Assembly (NCBI RefSeq): GCF_009914755.1
Contig: NC_060927.1
Reading direction: 5' to 3' (one strand)
Source of the DNA: the human T2T-CHM13v2.0 reference genome, Homo sapiens
DNA length: 64,000 nucleotides
This document shows positions 1-13,221 of the stretch, piece after piece. A program made the translations under genes and the position numbers. Numbering within the stretch: the stretch's first letter is position 1; every line of letters starts with the position of its first letter. The notes below the pieces were generated by a model, which saw nothing but the letters and a program-made list of their open reading frames with translations, made no database searches and was not told the DNA's origin.

Positions 1-455
1 AGCCTGAACATCAGCTGTATACTTAGAGGATCCCACTGGTTATACCATCAACAAATAATGATGGTAAACAAGACTGAGGGAATGAGGTGTGCTCTGGTAA
101 TGTGGCCCTTAGGTAGTAGACATTCTCAATGCACCAAATCTAGATTGTTCTCCTTGGAATCTGCAAAACCTGATCATGCCCAAGTACATCAACAGATACA
201 GGACACTATATTGAACAAAAATATTTCTAATTCTGTGAAGAGCATTCCTAGTTAAGGAATGCTTCACTTGCAAATTCTTATTGTCCCTTAAATAAATTTC
301 ATTCCTTTATAGAGACCTTGCTTTCTAGGATTCCAGATCTGCTCATGATGTAATGAATAGTAATTATAACACAGCATTTATAGTTTAAGATATAATTTTT
401 CATAAATATTATCTCATTCAATATCTTTGAGGTTGGACTTACTGTTAATTTTAAT

Positions 456-742
456 ACAGAGATGGAGTCTCACTCCATCACCAGGCTAAAGTGCAGTGGC
501 ATGACCATAACAAACTGCAATCTCAAAAGTCTGGGCTCAAGCAATCCTCCTGCCTTAGCCTCCCGAGTAGCTAGAACTACCTGCATGCACCACCACACCT
601 GGATAATTTCTTTAAAAATTTTTTTGTAGAGACAGGGTCTCATGATGTTGCCCAGGCTTGTCTTGAATTCATGGCCTGAAGCAATCCTTCTGCCTTGCCC
701 TCCTAAGGTGTTGAGATTATAGCATGAGCCACACTTCTGGCC
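456..742 (-). mobile_element. Alu (old, AluJ-like) inserted into a MIR remnant
   Basis: gagatggagtctcac...gggctcaagcaatcctcc...gagccacacttctggcc. Approximate TSD ggactta(c/t)t(g/a)tta. Confidence 0.93.
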
Positions 743-756
743 AGGACTTATTATTA

Positions 757-860
757 TTCCCAATTAAAAGATTAGGACATTGAGGCTCAGAGGGGTAAAT
801 TTTCTTCCCCAATATGACACAGTCTATGAAGAAGCCCAGATTTGAATTCCTATCTTCCCA
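757..860. mobile_element. MIR remnant
   Basis: attcccaatt...tgaggctcagaggggtaa...cccaatatgacacag...gatttgaatt core. Confidence 0.65.
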
Positions 861-1729
861 GACTTTTTTTTGCCTTTTTTCTATACCATATTGTCTCTGA
901 CCAATGATGACATGGATCGGAAGGTTTAAAAAGGAACAAGTTAGAAGCAGCCATACAATGTTTCAAAACACAGGTGAAAGCAAAAGATATATAAAACCAT
1001 AGCTATGCAACTTGTATTTTCCTTTCACAAAAGGCAGCTACTACTGAGTCTTCATCACCTATAGGAAAGGCAATCCTTGACAGGTCTTTGTCTAAAGACA
1101 GTCTCCAAAATGTCAAGTAATGTTTACTTCAATTTTGAGCTAGCACATTAGCATAAATATAAATTTCTGTTTCTTACCACTGACATTTTATCTAATTATT
1201 TTGGAACTGAGCTTAGCCATAAAATACCAGCTGTCACAGAGCAACCTGTGTTTACTACTCATTTATTATGTCCCATAGAAGAAAGATTTGCACTCAGATT
1301 AACAAAGAAGCTTTGGGGGTTACTATGAAAGGCAAGAATTTCCAAAATAATTCTAATATCAAGCCTTGACAGTTTTTTCTATCATCAAGCTATTGTTAGA
1401 TCTTTTTTCCAAATATAAGCCTTTTTAGTATCTTTGGTTACTATGTAGGTTGCCCCTAGAGTTTAACTCAGTGCCCATGACTTCCTGCTTATAGGTAGAA
1501 TTGCTTGCTGATGCTACTAACTACTGCCATAAGTGCAGCCTTTTGTGAAGATTTATATAAGAAACACTATCCAACTCACCTTTGCAAGCTGATCAAATCA
1601 TTGGTTGACTTTTTCATATCTTAAGCTGGGTGTGGATGGAGGGATCTGGACGAAAAACTGATGGAAAAACTTAAGTTTTTACAAATAGTGAGCATTAACC
1701 ATCTATCCATAAAGGGTACCTTCCCTCCA

Positions 1730-1910
1730 AGTCCCCAAAGTCCATTGTATCATTCTTATGCCCTTGTGTCCTCGTATCCTTGCTCCCACGTATCAGTGAG
1801 AACGTACGAGGTTTGGTTTTCCTTTCCTGAGTAACTTCACTTAGAATAACAGTCTCCAATCTCATCCAGGTTGCTACAAATGCCGTTAATTCATCCCATT
1901 TTATGGCTGA
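1730..1910 (-). mobile_element. L1PB-type 3' region fragment
   Basis: gtccccaaagtccattgtatcattcttatgcc...agtgagaac...cttcacttagaataa...ttttatggctga. Confidence 0.85.
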
Positions 1911-3284
1911 TAATCTCCTTACTTTTTATATGAGGAACTCAAAATTCAGAGAAGTAACTTGACCAAGATTACTTAGTTATTTTGGGGTTGATCTATGGCT
2001 CCACAACTGAAAGTTAAGTCCTAACCACCCTCTTTCCTCAAATAGTGCTTTTTCCACTCTGCCCCACAGCTCTTGCCATTTGTAGTATGAATGTCAGATA
2101 GTTTCGTGTTAATAGGAGTCCGTATTTCTCACCATGAACCCTGGACCCCATTTGAATGGAAGGGATTTATGGTCAGGAAATTTATCTGGACTGTCACTAC
2201 TGTATCTCTCCATTACCAAGCAAAGAGCCATTATTAATGAATGGTACAGAAGATTAAGGACACCCTAGTCTGGATGGTGAAAACACCCTGGCCAACTAAG
2301 TTATTCAAGATGCCCCTCTATGTTTAGCAACAGGAAGTAATTCTGTTGACATATTATAAGGCAGTTTTGCAAAAGTTGTCTTAATATCTTTTCAGATCGA
2401 AGAATATTTAACACAAATCAGAATACCTTATCCTGTTTTGTTTTTGTTTTTGTTTTTCTACATCAACTCTTTACTTAATTTTAACACACATCTGGAACTA
2501 TGGAATCTAACCGAGGTAGCATTATGTCATTAAAATAAAGTTTCTGAGTCTTGTGTTGTCCATCCCATTCTTTAAATTATACCAAACTGCTCATGCAGCA
2601 TTCAGCCAGCAGCCCATAAAAGCAGGTCACAGGCAATCCTACTCTGTAAACCTGGAATCCCCTTGTTTTGTCCCTAATCTTGCTCTTGCTCCGCTCTATC
2701 CTAGTTTGGTCCAATTTCCAATCCCTCTCTTATCATTTGCATTCTATGACTCACTTCGTCTTTACCAATTAATTTTTGTTGCTCTATCAAACTGTCTTTA
2801 CTGCTCTTTAAAGTATCAGCTCCTCCTGGCTCCAAATGCTTCAACTCACCTTCTCTCTTGCCATTCCTTTGGACCCCAAAACTGCACAGACAAGAATCTA
2901 GAAATGTGTCATATGAGGTCAAAGCTGCAGACAGGTCAGTGTGTGGCAATGCCATGTTTACAAGCTATGAAGTCACTATTCCCTCCCAGGGAAACTTGGC
3001 TACCATTGCTATTCGATGATGCTTTTCTCTTAGACCAACTAAGAACTCATGTGTCTGAAAAACTGAAGAAAGATATCATTGTTTTCTGAACTTTACAACT
3101 GTTGAAGGTGATGGAAATACTTGATGCCTCTTTTATACTCATCTGAGGACCTAGGAACAGCTTTGAAAATGGATTCCAACATGCTTATTGAAAGAATGCT
3201 CATGCTAGTTAATTTCCCTGCCAAAGGGTTCAAAATTAGTAGTTTTGTTCCTCTTAAGTTTATGCAATGATATGCTACGGTGAT

Positions 3285-3474
3285 TTAAGGTAAAATATCC
3301 GAGTAATGTTTACAGCAAAAGAAGACTTGTTTATCCTTATCTTGTCTTCTAAAACCCAGGTCAACATTTTGAACATTGAGACACACTAATCTGTTCACTT
3401 TTAGTCATTTATTTTTTCTTTGACATTTATTGTTAAAGAATAAATTAGTGCATAAAGAAATATATGGTCAGGGT
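3285..3474 (+). repeat. ~190-bp local direct repeat, copy 1
   Basis: Aligns end to end with 4478-4671, about 90% identical by eye. Confidence 0.95.
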
Positions 3475-4000
3475 CCTAAGAAAGCATGAATCTACTATGG
3501 GCAAGGCATGGATCTGAAGGAGTGTGTGTGCACATACACATATATGCATGTTTTAATAGCAGAAACTGATTTGCATCGATCCGTTCTCTGAAATTCCCAA
3601 TACCCCTGGTGTCAACAGCATGAATTTGCAAACTGGTGAGTTCACAATTAGGAGCAAATTCTGTTACCAAAGAACAGAGCAAGTTAAGTAGCTCATATTT
3701 AAATAAAGGGAAATGAAATTTGTGATCTTTGTCTTAGTAACATTATGCTAATTAGCTAATTAGGCTTGAATATAAACGGCTCATGAAACTTAGAAGAAAA
3801 CTGTATATTCTTCAAGACTAAGCTATTAGCCCACCATTCAACTTTCTGCCCACCCTCAAGTTTACCACCTAGCATTCTAATACCAAAAAAACAAAAGAAA
3901 AACTCAGGAGAGACCCACGGAGAAGAAAAAAACATTTCTAAAACTGGATATGTAATACTTTCTGCCATAAAGTGAGAACAAATCTAAGCTTCCTTGTTTC

Positions 4001-4214
4001 TTTTTTTTTTTAATTTTTTATTTCCATAGGTTATTGGGGAACAGGTGGTGTTTGGTTACATGAGTAAGTTCTTTAGTGGTGATTCGTGAGATTTTGGTGC
4101 ACCTGTCATCCAAGCAGCGTACACTTCACTCAATTTGTAGTCTTTTATCCCTTGCCCCCTTCCCACCCTTTCCCCCTGAGTCCTCAAAGTTCATTTTGTC
4201 ATTCTTATGCCTTT
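4001..4214 (-). mobile_element. 5'-truncated L1PB 3' end with TSD
   Basis: Poly(T) followed by ttccataggttattggggaacaggtgg... TSD taagcttc(c/t)ttgtttc at 3985-4000 and 4215-4230. Confidence 0.9.
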
Positions 4215-4259
4215 TAAGCTTCTTTGTTTCTAATTAAAAACTCCTTAATGTTCCTCGTG

Positions 4260-4388
4260 CCGGGTGTGTAATAGGCTATACCATCTAGGTTTGTGTAAGT
4301 ACACCATAGGATGTTCACACAATGACAAAATTGCCTAAGAATGTACTTCACAGAATTTATCCCCGATGTTAAGCGAACGTATGACTGT
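4260..4388. mobile_element. Tigger3 (Golem)-like DNA transposon end
   Basis: aggctataccatctaggtttgtgtaagtacac...ccccgatgttaagcgaacgtatgactg followed by TA. Confidence 0.75.
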
Positions 4389-4477
4389 ACTTAATTTTAT
4401 TCTCTGAATCATTTCATGCATTTGTGTCCTGACTTCCCAACTAGATAATGAAAGTTATTCATCTTTCCATATAGATA

Positions 4478-4671
4478 TTAAGGTAAAATATCCAGAGTAA
4501 CGTTTACAGCAAAAGAAGACCTGTTTATCCTTATCTTCTTTTCTAAAACCCAGGTCAACATTTTGAACATGAAGACACACTGATCTTCTATTCACTTTCA
4601 GACATTTATTTTTTCTTTGACATTTATTGTTGAAGAATAAATCACTGAATAAAGATACATGTGCTCAGGGT
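4478..4671 (+). repeat. ~190-bp local direct repeat, copy 2
   Basis: Second copy of 3285-3474. Confidence 0.95.
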
Positions 4672-4915
4672 ATTTATATAATAATTACCAGCTTCTCATT
4701 TTGTGTAGTATTGACAAATCTCTATTCAATAGGGACTTTTATCACATAAAGCAAATATTTTTTATAAGCACTAAAGTATAGTAATACACTGAAACAATCC
4801 CCCAAAATTTGTAACTGAGAATAAAAAGAATATCTTTAATAATTAAAGTAAAAATTCATTGTTATAGTGACATTATATTCCAGTACATTGAATAAACATC
4901 ACAAAACTCACTTGT

Positions 4916-5222
4916 GGCTGGGTACAGTGGCTCACGCCTGTAATCCCAACACTTTGGGAGGCCAAGGTGGGTGGATCACCTGAGGTCAGGAGTTCAAGAC
5001 CTGGCCAATATGGTGAAACTCCAGTCTCTACAAAAAATACAAAAATTAGCCAAGCGTGGTGGCACATACCTGTAATCCCAGCTACTTGCAGTGGGTGGGG
5101 GTACTGAGGTAGGCTTGAGCCCAGGAGATCGAAGCTGCAGTGAGCCATGATCACACCACTGCACTCTAGCCTGAGCAACAGAGTGAGACCCTGCCCAAAA
5201 AACAAAACAAAACATAAAACAA
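4916..5222 (+). mobile_element. Alu
   Basis: ggctgggtacagtggctcacgcctgtaatccc..., A-rich tail, TSD aa(a/c)ctcacttgt. Confidence 0.95.
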
Positions 5223-6681
5223 CCTCACTTGTACTAACTCATCTTTGATTTTTAAAATAATAAAGGAGACCCTGGCCAGATTAGTTTGAGCAAAGAGGTG
5301 AGTGGAAAGTCAGGCCTGGGCACACTCTCTTGCTGGCTGCTGAGAGCCCCTCCATCCCAGACAAGCAGAAGGCCTGGTCTGGCTAATGCCCATGCAGTCA
5401 GTCTGAGACCCAACTTAGCTGACAGTATGAACAGATTGGCCAAATGGAAAGAAGGCTGTTGTCAGGTGAATGTCCAGAAAGTATAATTAAAAAAAAAAAA
5501 AACACTTGAAACCTCAATGAAATCAATCTACTTCTGAAATCTTTCTTAAGGAAACATTCAGAAATGCAGAAAATATGATAATATTCCTTATAGTGTTCAT
5601 TCTGACAATTTAAAAATTGAAATAATCTAAAACAGATCACTATATGTAAATAGCTAGAGTAAGTTTTGGTAGGGCCATCTCAGAACTCTGAAAGAATATG
5701 CCAAGGGGGGCCAAACCAGTCACCTAGACTAGTGAAGTTGGCTAGGGGATGTGAAATCTCCTGATTTTAAAATACTGTCAACTAATTCAAACATTTTTAA
5801 TATTTTAAAGTCCAAAGAAAATATGTCTATGGGCCATACTTGGCCCCCATAACATCAGCTTGCTACATCTGATCTATGTAGTGAAATGTTTTTGAAAATT
5901 GTTAAATAATTTTAATGAAAATGCTCTTTGTATAATATCTGGAGAAAATGAGTATTATTCTAATTACTTAAGATACATATGGGTAGAAAAAAAGACTAGC
6001 AGGAAAGACATCAAAACAATAATAGCTATATGTAGAGAGAGACTATTGATGATTTGTTTTCTTCACACTTTTATGTAATTTCAAAGTTAGTTTCAAATGA
6101 GGATTTCTTATTTTATAATAACTTTTTAAAACCATCATAAAGAATGAAAAATACTTTTGCTCAGTCTTTCATCAGGGTTCAGCATTAATGCTGCATTACT
6201 GATTGGGTGATGTTCTTAAGAAGGGGCACCTCAGAAATGATAATGTCTATTCATTTTTCCAATCAGTAATGCTAAATTTTGTGTGGAAACAACTGTGAGG
6301 CCCCACAGCTGTGAATTGCTGGAAGACAAATTTAACATCTTTAACAGATTGAGAGCACTGCTGAAGGCAGTTGTAAAAATAATGCCATGAAATATTGCAT
6401 ATAAAGTACTTAACCCATAGACACACTCAATAAATGGTAATTTAAAAATAAAGTATTCAGAATTAGTAGGAAGTACTGGTGCCTCGTTCTCAAATGAAAA
6501 CTAAAAATGAGGGAACACATTACTTTTTTAGTCCAAAAATAGGCATTTAAGAGTGAAAACAGAAATAAACTTGTAAAATGGATAATTGACAACAAAAATA
6601 CAATTCCTATAAACATAAAAGCAATCATTCTCACTAAAAAGAGAGTAGCAACAACATTCAGTGGCAGTTTGCTCTTTATGC

Positions 6682-9185
6682 TGATATGGTTTGGCTCCAT
6701 GTCCTCACCCAAATATCAGTTCTAATTGTAATCCCCACATGTCGGGGGAGAGACCTGGTGGTAGGTGACTGAATCATGAGGGTGGACTTCTCCCTTGCTT
6801 TTCTCTTGATAGTGAGTGAGTTCTCATGAGTTCTGATTATTTGAAACCGTATGGCACTTCCCCCTTTGCTCTCTGTCTTGCTCCAGCATGGTAAGATGTG
6901 TTCACTTCCCCTTTGCCTTCTGCCATGATTGTAAGTTTTCTGAGGCCTCCCAGTCATGCTTCATGGTAAGCCTGTGGAACTCTAAATCAATTAAACCTCT
7001 TTTCTTCATAAATTACCCAGTCTGAGGTAGTTCTTTATAGCAGTGTGAGAATGGACTAAACAAAAAATTGGTACCAGGAGAGTGGGGCACTGATATAAAG
7101 ATATCTGAAAATATGGAAACGACTTTGGAACTGGGTAAAAGGCAGAAATTGGGACAGTTTAAAGAGCTCAGAAGAAGACAGGAAAATGTGGGAAAGTTTG
7201 GAACTTCCTAGAGAATTGTTGAATGTGTGTGATTAAAATGCTAATAGTGATATGGACAGTGAAGTCCAGGCTGAGGAGTTCTCAGATAGAGATGAGGAAC
7301 TTATTGGGAGCTGGAGCAAAGATTACTCTTGCTATGGTTTAGCAAAGAGACTGGTGGCATTGTGTCCCTTCTCTAGGGATCTGTGGAACTTTGAATTGGA
7401 AAGAGATGATTTAGGGTATCTGGTGGAAAAAAATTCTAAGCCCCAAAGCGTTCACGATGTGACCTGGCTTCTCCTAAGAGCATATAATCATATGTGTTCA
7501 CAAAAAGGTAGTCTGAGTTTGAAACTTATGTTTAAAAGGGAAGCAGAGCATAAAAGTTTGGAAAATTTACAGCCTGACCATGCAGTAAAAAAGAAAAAAC
7601 TATTTTCTAGGGAGGAATTCAAGTTGGCTGCAGAAATCTGCATAAGTAATGAGGAGCTGAATGTTTCTTTCTTTCTTTCTTTCTTGCTTGCTTGCTTTCT
7701 TTCTTTCTTTCTTTCTTCCTCTTTCTTTTTCTTCTTTGTATTTTTGTTTTTTTAGGAGCTGAATGTTAATAGCCAAGACAATGGGGAAAATGTCTCCAGG
7801 GCATTTCAGAGATCTTCATGGCAACACCTCCCATCACAGGCCCAGAGGCCTAGGAAGGAAAAATGGTTTCCTGGGCTGAGCACAGGGCCCCGCTGCTCTG
7901 TGCTGCTTCAGGACATGGCACTCTGTGTCCCAGCCACTCCAGCTCCAGCCATGGTTAAAAGGGGCCAAGGTACAGCTCAGCTTGGGATGTGGCTTCAGAG
8001 GGTGCGAGCCTCAAACCTTGGTGGCTTCCATGTGGTGTTGGGCCTGTGGGTGCACAGAAGGCAAGAATTGAGGTTTGTGAACCTCCACCTAGATTTCAGA
8101 GGATGTATGGAAATGCCTGGATGTCCAGGCAGAAGTCTGCTACAGGGAAGAGCCCTCACGGAGAATCTCTGTCAGGGCAATTTAGAAGGGAAATGTGAGA
8201 TCGGAGCTCCCACACACAGTCTGCACTGTGGCACTGCCTAGTGGAGCTGTGAGAAGAGGGCCACTGTACTCCAGACCCCAGAACAGTAGATCCACCAACA
8301 GTGTGCACCATCTTCCTGGAAAAGCCACAGGCACTCAATCCCGGCCTGTGAAACCAGCCATGGGGCCTATACCCTGCAAAGCCACAGGGTCAGAGCTGCC
8401 CAAGCCCTTGGGAGCCCACCTCCTGCATCAGCATGCCCTGAATCTGAGGCATGGAGTCAAAGGTGATTATTTTGGAGCTTTAAGATTTAATGACTCCCCT
8501 GCAGGGTTTCAGACTTGCATGGGACCTGTAGCCCCTTTGTTTTGGCCAAATTCTTCCTTTTAGAATGGGAGCATTTACCCAATGCCCATACCCCCATTGT
8601 ATCACAGAAGTAACTACTTGTTTTTTTTTTTATTTTACAAGCTCACAGGCATAAGAGACTTGCCTTGTCTCAGATGAGACTTTGGGCTTGGACTTTTGAG
8701 TTAATGCTGGAATGAGTTAGGACTTTGGGGAACTGTTGGGAAGGCATGGTTGGTTTTGAAATGTAAGAAGGACATGAGATTTGGGAGGGCCCAGGAGTGG
8801 AATAATATGGTTTGGCTCTATGCCCTGACCCAAATCTCATGTCAAATTGTAAACCCCACATGTCAGGTGAGGGGCCTGGTAGGAGGTAATTTGATCATGG
8901 GGGCTGATTTCCCCTGTGCTGTTCTCATGATGGTGAGTTCTCACAAGATCTGATAGTTTAAAAGTATGTGGCAGTCTCTCACTCACTCTATCTCTCTCTC
9001 CTGCTCTGCCATGGTAAGACATGCTTGCATCTCCTTCGCCTTCTGCCATGATTGTAAGTTTCCCCAGGCTTCCCAGCCATTCATCTGTACAGCCTGTGGA
9101 ACTCTGAGTCAATTAAATCTCTTTTCTTCATAAATTACCCAGTCTCAGGTAGTTCTTTGAAGCAGCATGAAAACGGACTAATACA
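6682..9185 (+). mobile_element. Complete ERVL-MaLR provirus (MSTA/THE1D-like): 5' LTR 6682-7062, internal region 7063-8802, 3' LTR 8803-9185
   Basis: Both LTRs run t(g/a)atatggtttggct...ggactaa(t)aca. Perfect 5-bp TSD TATGC at 6677-6681 and 9186-9190. Purine tract before the 3' LTR. Decayed MaLR internal ORF (DLWNFELERDDLGYLVE). Confidence 0.95.
7666..7753 (-). repeat. T-rich/(CTTT)n insert inside the MaLR internal region, flanked by a 14-bp duplication
   Basis: aggagctgaatgtt at 7652-7665 and 7754-7767. Confidence 0.9.
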
Positions 9186-12100
9186 TATGCCATCAAGTAG
9201 ACATTAAGCTGTGTTTACTTTTCAATACTATGCCTAGAGGTTATTACTATAAGGCAGAATTATATGCATATACTGAATGTTTTCCATTGCATTTCAGAGA
9301 CTGCATTTGGTATGGTTTTATGTAGACTAATTTACAAAAAAGAAGAATCATTAGACCAAGTCTATGTATATAGCCTAATATAAATTTCAGAATTAAAAAC
9401 CAGCTGAGTAACTAGGTGGCCAGCACAGTAGGGCTTCCCCTGGGAAACTATGCATCCCTGGGTCATTTTCACACTACCATTCCTTTCCTTCACCTCCCAG
9501 CTCCCACTAGGCCCTTCCAATTGCCTGCTTCTAATGCAGAGCCTAGGCAGCAGCAGGACAGAAGTTCTTGCCTCTCAGCAGCCATTTAAACCTGGGAGCA
9601 GGAACAGGAAACTTCCTCATGATGAAAGCCAACCTCTACAGTGTGCCTTTTGCTTACTGATTTTTTATCCGTTTACCTGCCATGGACTTTCCATACCAGG
9701 CCCCAATTTAGACTTCAGTACTCCTGTGTTGGACTCTCGCATTCAGTAGCAGCTTCTGGCACCCACTGACTTGACTTGAGAAATATTCACCTTTGTCTTG
9801 CCTGCGTTGATGCTGACCTCGGCCCACCCTGACTTTGAAACCATTATCTACAGCTCAGTTACTAGCGTTTCTGAACCCTCTCCCTGCCTTCTTCTGCACC
9901 ACAAACCTACCTGTGTCTCAGATTCTCACCAGCATTGTTGACTGGAACCACACCCTCGTCCCTCCAGGTTCTCCTTGACCATGCCCCTAACACCTGATTT
10001 CTTACAAGTCAGCAATAAAATGTGAATCTAAATGTAACTCATTAAGGAAAGCATAGGTCAAATAATGGTTTTTAAAATATATGTTTATCATAACCTATTT
10101 CCCCTCTTCTCTTTCTGATCCCTATTTAGCCAATATTTGTGGTTCATTGTAGCCTTTATTTTTACACTCTGCACTGTTCTAGAACTGTCTGGAGAAAAGG
10201 TGTTTGGAGACTTAGAAGAGCATGCTCTCTTATGTAATCAGCCCCAGAAAGTAATGAGTTGAAATATTAATCGTGAAGTAATCAGGTGACTTTTAATGAA
10301 GCAAATTCACCCATATCTACTTTTATGTTTTGATTAGCCAAATATGAAAATTATTTTGCATTCTCCTAACTCAGATTAAATAACAGTGAGAAGAAATTGA
10401 CCTCCCTGTCAAGAAGATATAAAATTTTACCATGGGTAAATGAGGGGTGATTGTTGTCATATTTTTCAATAATTTCAGAATCACATAGGATACCCAAGCA
10501 AGTAGCAGACCAAAGATAGGCATATAAAAAAGAATAACAATATCCTCATAAAAATTTATCCCTTTGGAAATGTAAATTTGATAATATTCACAAACAAACA
10601 ACTGCTTTTATTTAGCTACTCTTCTTAACAAGAGTGTCTAGCTTCTGGACAAGGAAGAAAGAAGTGGTATTGTTTATCTGCCACTTTCCACTGGCCACTT
10701 TAACAACAGATTGTACCTTCAGCCTCTGTTTGTGGCCACTCAGTCCAATAGGCATTGGGCTCTCATCCACTCAGCACTGTGTTGCACAACCTCAGACACA
10801 GCCTTTTGAGAAGTTATGACTTTGAAACTCAGACACTGAGCTCACATAGTAACCATGAGTACACACAGGTCACCATGGCCAGAAGAGAAGAGGATGCCAG
10901 AGCTGGAAGCCACGAGCAACTCAAAACATGCAAAGCAACAAGACGTCACTTAAAGGGGAGAGGCAAGATAGAGACATTGCATGTGCCCATCAACACAACT
11001 CACTTCCCTGCTCAGTAGCAGCTGGAATAGGAGTTAAGTTTCTAGGCCTGAGTGGGCTTGTGAGTTCTATACCATCACGGCTTAGGTTTTAACAAGTAGA
11101 TTAACACTAGCAAACTGAGTCTTACCTGACCACTTCTCTTGGATAGAATTACCATATTTTCCAGTCTTCTAGATAACAGAAGGAAACTTGAAGTGGAAAC
11201 ATTTTCAAGATTTTTCACTTCCTCTTTCTGCTCCTGAGGCACAGTTTTATAATCTGGAAAGAAGTACTATTATCTCCTCCTTAAATCAGTATAAAAGTTG
11301 AGAGGTTAAAAACATTATGTTTTGGTTCACATCATTTGGCAATAAAAGATGATCTCAACAGTGAATATTTTAGGTAATAATTTAACTCAACACTATTCTC
11401 TAAATCAAACAGTACTGGGGACAAAATTTTCTAAGACACTTAGATGGAAACATTAGGGCAACTGAATTGCAAGTTAACATGTTTATCTCTGCAGGTTGCC
11501 ATGTAACTTTCTCCTCTGTATCCAGAGAGTTCTGAAACAGATAGCAAGGACTTTCACTTGGTGCACTGTTGAGACATCTCAAGAGAGGGTCACTGTGAGG
11601 TACTGATGTAAACGTGTCCACAGAGAGCAGCACAGTATATCACAGGCCAGGAACAAGAAGAAACGATTCAATGCCGTCAGTCAGTGTGGCTCCTGCCTGG
11701 ACAGCACAGAAATACTGGCAAAGCTAGTGTTTTATAGCATGCTCATTAACATTATCAGATTCCTACTCTCTCCAGCATGGTTTAATAAAACTGAGAGGAA
11801 TCATTTGATTTTATAGATCTTTCCAAGCTATCACTTTTATGTTTTCAAGCCAAAATTAAGACTGTCCTCAAAATAGAATGTCTAAACCTGTTCATTAATG
11901 GAAAGTCCATTTAAGCTTGAAGCTTTGCCATTCCAAGTTGAATTTTGACTTTGAAACATCACTGGCAAATCTGAAAGTAAAATAAGAAAAACTGAAGCAA
12001 TGGAAAAATCTCCCCTGGCCCACAGTATTGAATGGAAGGTATTTCTAATCCTCAACATGTGTTTTAGAGCTTTCTTTTATGAAGAAGAAAGATCATCCAC

Positions 12101-12648
12101 TACTGTGTCATGGATATCATTTCATAAGGAAAATAAATTTCTGTAGAAATAAAATTACCTTTACTTTTACATTTTTAAAAGAAACAGGCAACGTTTTAAA
12201 AAGGCAATTTCAACCTAACAGTCTCCTTCTCTTCATACTTCGAAGAATATCATCTGCTCTGGAAATAGGCCACTCAATACTTTTTCCTGGTAAAAACTGC
12301 AACATGAATTATTGATTATTTGCCAGAAATAAAATTGTCACTAAATGACAGAAGGAGATGTAGGTGCTCATTTTATTTGTGGCATCCCAAATTCAAATAG
12401 TATTTCAAAAAGAAAATGTAAAAAATAAATTTTTCTTTAATTTAGATCATTAACCTTCCCTCATTTATAGTAAATATGGTACTGAGATAGCAGAAAGCAT
12501 AAATTCTTTGAGGAAAAAATTATTTCTCAAAAGTTTCCTATATGATAACTTTAAAAGTAGAAAAGTGGTGTCCATGGCAAAAGAAAAAAGGCAGGGGAGG
12601 AGACATCCCAACCAATTATCACTACAAAGCAAGTAGAAAATTAAATCA

Positions 12649-12954
12649 GGCTTGGTGCAATGGCTCACACCTGTAATCCCAACACTTTGGAAGGCCGAGG
12701 CAGGCAGACCACTTGAGCTCAGGAGTCTCTCAAGAACAGCCTGGGCAAAATGGCAAAACTCCATCTCTACAAAAAAATACAAAGATTAGCCAGGAGTGGT
12801 GCCAGGTACCTCTAGTCTCAGCTACTTGGGAGGCTGAGGTGGGAGGATCACCTGTGCCTCAGAGGTCAAGGCTGCAGTGAGCCCTGATCATGCCACCGCA
12901 CTCCAGCCTGGGTGACAAGGTGAGAGTCTGTCTCAAAAAAAAAAAAAAAAAAAA
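12649..12954 (+). mobile_element. Alu (AluJ-like)
   Basis: Dimeric Alu with a poly(A) tail at 12935-12953. Confidence 0.95.
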
Positions 12955-13221
12955 CAATATCTGTTTTCAAATCACTATAATATAGTTTTCCCTCAAATTT
13001 TGAAGAATTTCTAATCTATTATATTTTCTGTACCTTCCAAGCGAGAGCAATTTAAAATCTGAATCAAAAATGGGTTTTCTTCATTCATTATAGAAAATAG
13101 TTAACAATTGTTATTACACAAACCTTTTTATAAAAAATTTTTACATCAGGCAGCCCTGCTGATCCAGAATATGTTCAGAGTGCCTCCCTTACATAAACCT
13201 TTGATGGTTTCATAGTAGCAG

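Noticed and set aside
2553-3089. 178-aa + strand ORF in intergenic DNA
   Set aside because: Non-ATG start, Leu/Ser/Phe-rich composition typical of chance ORFs, no recognisable domain or splice context.
7252-8563. Several 70-167-aa ORFs
   Set aside because: Fragments of the decayed MaLR internal region; one is extended artificially by the (CTTT)n insert.
9400-10000. GC-richer block that may be an ancient LTR or enhancer
   Set aside because: I could not assign termini, a TSD or a family from sequence alone.
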